From assembly GCA_963701235.1 (NCBI GenBank), contig OY969577.1, forward strand, positions 2,286,299 to 2,350,298: a stretch of 64,000 bases of DNA, written 5' to 3'. The notes under the pieces are model-generated. The model was not told the origin of the DNA and ran no database searches. It saw only the letters and a program-made list of their open reading frames with translations. The stretch comes from Candidatus Dormiibacterota bacterium (lineage in GTDB: Bacteria; Chloroflexota; Dormibacteria; Aeolococcales; Bog-877). Of this stretch, positions 60,583 to 64,000 are shown one piece after another. Position 1 is the stretch's first letter. Every line of letters starts with the position of its first letter. The position numbers were made by a program, and so were the translations under genes.

Positions 60583-61785
60583 TTACCCTGGGAATACCCG
60601 TGCGGCGATGAGTTCCCCGATCGCTAGAGCAGCGGTCGCAGCGGGCGACGGCGCGTTCAAGACGTAGACGGCTAACTCGGTAGTCAGCAGGACAAAGTCG
60701 TCGATTAGGGTACCGTCGGGGGCTACGGCTTGAGCCCTGACGCCGGAGGCGCCAGGGTGCAGGTCATGCGCTCCGACTCCTGGGAGATAGGGGGCCAATG
60801 ATCGCGCGTAGGCCCGGACGGACAGGTCACGCCATATTTCGCGCAGACCGGTGCGCGCGTGCTTCCTCCCCAAATTGAAGAACTCACGCCCACGCATCAT
60901 CGATACAAGCTGGCTCAGGCTCACATCCCTCCGTCTGTAGCCCTCCCGGTGGAGTGCCAGTACGGCATTTGGGCCGGCGGCCACGTCTCCGGACAGGTTG
61001 GGGGTGAGGTGAACACCCAGGAAGGGGAGGTTGGGATCGGGCACTGGATATACGAGGCATTTGACTCGCTCAGCAGCTTGCTGACCCAGAGTGAAGTAGG
61101 CTCCACGAAAAGGAAAGATCTTGAGGCTAGCCTTGTGCCCCGCCATTGTCGCGATCAAATCGGATTGGAGCCCGGCACAGCTGACTAACCTTCGAGCGCG
61201 TACCTCACCCTCAGCGACCCGCAAGACCACTCCGTCCGACCCCTCTCGAACACCTGTCACCTGGGTACCAAGTCGAAATTCCACCCCGCGCTCCTTGAGT
61301 TGACGCTGCAGTGCCTGCGCGACAGCTCGGAAATCGACAATGGCGGACTCCGGGACCCACAATCCGGCGATGCCCCCTCCGTCTGCGACATGATTTCTGA
61401 TGTCAGCACTTCCGACGCGCTCGAGTCCAGAGAGCCCATTCGCAAGGCCCCTGGCCATCAGGGCCTCGAGCCTGGGAAGCTCTTGGCCGGACACGGCCAC
61501 GACAAGCTTGCCGAGCCGCCTTACCTCTACGTTGTGATCTAGGGCAAATCCAATCATTTGCTCTCTGCCGATCCGGCAGAGGTGGGCTCGCAGGCTGCCG
61601 GGCGCATAATACAGGCCGGAGTGGAGGACGCCGCTGTTGTGGCCGCTCTGGTGTACGGCAACGTCTGCCTCCTTGTCGACGACGACGATGTCAAGCCCTG
61701 GTTTCCGATCGGTGAGCCGAAGCGCCGCGGCCAAACCGACCAGTCCCGCACCAACAACAATGACGTCGTGGCGGCGGAGAGTCAC
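60583..61785 (-). CDS. lhgO: L-2-hydroxyglutarate oxidase
   Basis: GAGLVG, HQSGHNSGVLHSGLYY.PGS, YPVPDP..PFLGVH, GPNA, NAPSPAATA. Confidence 0.88.
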   Translation of the reverse strand: MTLRRHDVIVVGAGLVGLAAALRLTDRKPGLDIVVVDKEADVAVHQSGHNSGVLHSGLYYAPGSLRAHLCRIGREQMIGFALDHNVEVRRLGKLVVAVSGQELPRLEALMARGLANGLSGLERVGSADIRNHVADGGGIAGLWVPESAIVDFRAVAQALQRQLKERGVEFRLGTQVTGVREGSDGVVLRVAEGEVRARRLVSCAGLQSDLIATMAGHKASLKIFPFRGAYFTLGQQAAERVKCLVYPVPDPNLPFLGVHLTPNLSGDVAAGPNAVLALHREGYRRRDVSLSQLVSMMRGREFFNLGRKHARTGLREIWRDLSVRAYARSLAPYLPGVGAHDLHPGASGVRAQAVAPDGTLIDDFVLLTTELAVYVLNAPSPAATAALAIGELIAARVFPG

Positions 61786-61856
61786 ACTAGAGCCGGTGGT
61801 CGTTCGTGTGACCGGTCGAGTGCCCGACTTCTCGACGAGAAAAGGCTAAGCTGGCG

Positions 61857-62888
61857 TTGATCACATCAGGGGAAGAAATGTCTGAAACGGAAGTCAACTA
61901 CCACCCCCATCTGGCTGATTATGCTTGGACCTTTGGAGGGGCTAAACCGGTTCTCGCTATTAGACCCGGCACGATGATGAGGATTTGGACCGACGACGCC
62001 TTCTGCGGGAGGATACAGCAGCGAGGCCCGAGGAAGCCGGAGGCGGTTCAGCCGGTCCTCTTCAATCCCCAAAGCGGACCGTTTTACGTCGCCGGTGCCG
62101 AGCCTGGCGACACACTCGCCCTTCACTTCCTGAGCATTGAGCCTGCGCGCGATTGGGGTGTATCAACGACCGCGGCTTACTTCGGAGCTCTGACGTCGAC
62201 CACTGAGACCGTCACCCTACAACCTCCACTACCAGAGCTGGTGTGGACATATGATGTTGATTTGAGTCGACGCTTGGTGCAGTTCGCCGCACTAGATAGC
62301 GAGTGCACCTTCGAATGGCCCCTCGATCCAATGCTGGGGACCGTGGGGGTAGCGCCGGCATTATCCGAAGTGCGGTCCTCGCTTGTGCCAGGCCCGTTCG
62401 GCGGTAATCTTGATGTTCCAGCCATGAGGGCGGGCACCACGTGTTATTTGGGCGTGAACGTCCCAGGGGCGCTCTTCTCGGTCGGAGATGGTCACTATCG
62501 GCAAGGCGAGGGCGAGACGTGCGGCACGGCTGTGGAAGGCGCGATGGAGAGTGTAGTCATGGTCGAACTCATCAAGAATGTACTCACGCCGTGGCCACGG
62601 CTAGAAGACGACGCCAACATTATGAGTGTAGGCTGCGCGCGGCCGTTGGACGATGCCTTCAGGATCGCGCAAGCAGACCTTGTGCATTGGATGTCTGCCG
62701 AGCTCGGGCTCAGCGTAATGGACGCCTACCAGGTAATTAGCCAAACGTGTGAGACTTCCGTGGCTAGCGTAGTGAACCCAACATACACAATCGTCGCGAA
62801 GGTGCCCAAGGCGTGGGTCCCGTCAGTTAAGCCTTACGGTGGCATACGCTCGCACCTGGTGGACCGGTGCCGCAGCCGGCAAGGCTGA
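61857..62888 (+). CDS. Acetamidase/formamidase family protein
   Basis: NPQSGPF.V.GAEPGD, GGNLD, GDGHYRQGEGETCGTAVE; start may be ATG 61878. Confidence 0.9.
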   Translation: MITSGEEMSETEVNYHPHLADYAWTFGGAKPVLAIRPGTMMRIWTDDAFCGRIQQRGPRKPEAVQPVLFNPQSGPFYVAGAEPGDTLALHFLSIEPARDWGVSTTAAYFGALTSTTETVTLQPPLPELVWTYDVDLSRRLVQFAALDSECTFEWPLDPMLGTVGVAPALSEVRSSLVPGPFGGNLDVPAMRAGTTCYLGVNVPGALFSVGDGHYRQGEGETCGTAVEGAMESVVMVELIKNVLTPWPRLEDDANIMSVGCARPLDDAFRIAQADLVHWMSAELGLSVMDAYQVISQTCETSVASVVNPTYTIVAKVPKAWVPSVKPYGGIRSHLVDRCRSRQG

Positions 62889-62989
62889 CCCAGCGTCCGG
62901 GCGATTGGCTCGGTCGCGCCACACCGTACCCAGCCCGAGGTGGTTGCCAGACGCTCCGCTAAGGAACTGAGCTAAGCGTAGTGGAATTG

Positions 62990-64000
62990 TCAGGCGGGTA
63001 GGAGCGGCCCTCCGAAGGCCAGATCGATCTTTCGCCAATCGAAGACCTTGCCGCGGGCGATCGTGACCTCGACGTCGCGCATCGCAGACAGGTCAGAAGT
63101 CGGGTCCCCTTTTACCAGAATGATGTCGGCCACCTTGCCTGACGCAATGCGCCCCGCATCAGACCACCCCCAAAGGTCGGCATTGCCTTGGGTGGCGTGT
63201 TGTAGTACCTCCAGAGCACTCACGCCCAAGCTGTGGATGATCTCGAATTCGTCCGCGATCGCACTGACAGGGATCATTGATCCAGAGTCGGTGCCGATAC
63301 CCCAAGGGACCCCCAGTTCGAGCACCATTTGGAACATTTCTAACTTTGTGGCGAAGGCGCGTTTGGCCCAAGCTTCCATCTCGGGCCAGCTCCCGCTCGT
63401 CGCGATAGCGCGTGTAATCGCAAAAGTGGGGATCAGGAAGGTACCTTGGTCAATCATCATGCGGGCTAGCTCCGAAGTAAGGTGGGTCCCATGCTCGACC
63501 GACTTCACTCCTGCCCGCACCGCATTCCGAATAGCTGGCTCCGGATGGACGTGGGCCGCAGCCACTGTTCCCGCAGCCGACGCCTCCTCGACGATGGCTC
63601 GAACCTCATCGAATGTGAACTGGGTCCAGGTCTCGTTATCGCGGGCAAAGATTGCCTCGCCGCTGCCGACGATCTTGAGAAAATCCGCACCGGCCTTGAT
63701 TTGCTCTCGCGCCGCCTTGCGTACTTCGGCGTCACCATCGGCCTCTCTCGTGTAGGGCCAGGCGTGCCCACCCGTGATCGCAATGAACTGTCCAGCGCAA
63801 ACCATCTTCGGACCAGGGATCAGTCCGGCCTCAATGGAGTTGCGCAGATCGATATCCACATGCTTAAAGCCCCCGATGTCCCTGCATCGCGTGATGCCAG
63901 CTCGGAGCGCACGCACCGCTTGGCGTGCGCCCCTCAGCGCCACCGTTGCACGCGACGTAGTTCCGGTCTCGTGATCCTTCAAAACCAATGTCAGGTGGGA
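62990..64000 (-). CDS. Metal-dependent amidohydrolase (5' end outside the window)
   Basis: GITRCRDIGG, TGGH, LKI, SVEHG, GTD, GKVADII. Confidence 0.88.
   Translation of the reverse strand, partial: SHLTLVLKDHETGTTSRATVALRGARQAVRALRAGITRCRDIGGFKHVDIDLRNSIEAGLIPGPKMVCAGQFIAITGGHAWPYTREADGDAEVRKAAREQIKAGADFLKIVGSGEAIFARDNETWTQFTFDEVRAIVEEASAAGTVAAAHVHPEPAIRNAVRAGVKSVEHGTHLTSELARMMIDQGTFLIPTFAITRAIATSGSWPEMEAWAKRAFATKLEMFQMVLELGVPWGIGTDSGSMIPVSAIADEFEIIHSLGVSALEVLQHATQGNADLWGWSDAGRIASGKVADIILVKGDPTSDLSAMRDVEVTIARGKVFDWRKIDLAFGGPLLPA

Overview
High-GC bacterial window; the gene styles and leaderless starts suggest a soil Actinomycetota/Dormibacterota-like lineage (inference). Three blocks. (1) About 1-19 kb: very GC-rich host-like DNA with DppA, several intact, orphan or broken type II toxin-antitoxin genes, a tyrosine recombinase, a DUF917-hydantoinase-solute-binding-protein operon, a LuxR/hemerythrin pair, GT39, a two-component system and MarR. 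(2) About 19.3-34 kb: a compositionally distinct defence island. Its core is a coupled operon encoding a Druantia DruA/DUF4338-like domain fused to a DptF-like P-loop ATPase, a 501-aa unknown protein, and a 1518-aa PD-(D/E)xK nuclease plus HerA/FtsK ATPase protein (DptH-like). Neither dndBCDE nor druE is in the window, so this is the best candidate for an undescribed system. It is followed by ssb, an RxxxxH (HEPN-like) ORF, ardC and Shedu, and is bounded by a possible tRNA-Arg att remnant and a res-like site. (3) About 34-64 kb: a large catabolic region (amidohydrolases, amidases, aminotransferases, AKR/SDR/ALDH, GntR, LhgO, YdiJ-like oxidase). Several homopolymer frameshifts suggest long-read errors. 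All family calls come from motif recognition by eye; no database searches were run.
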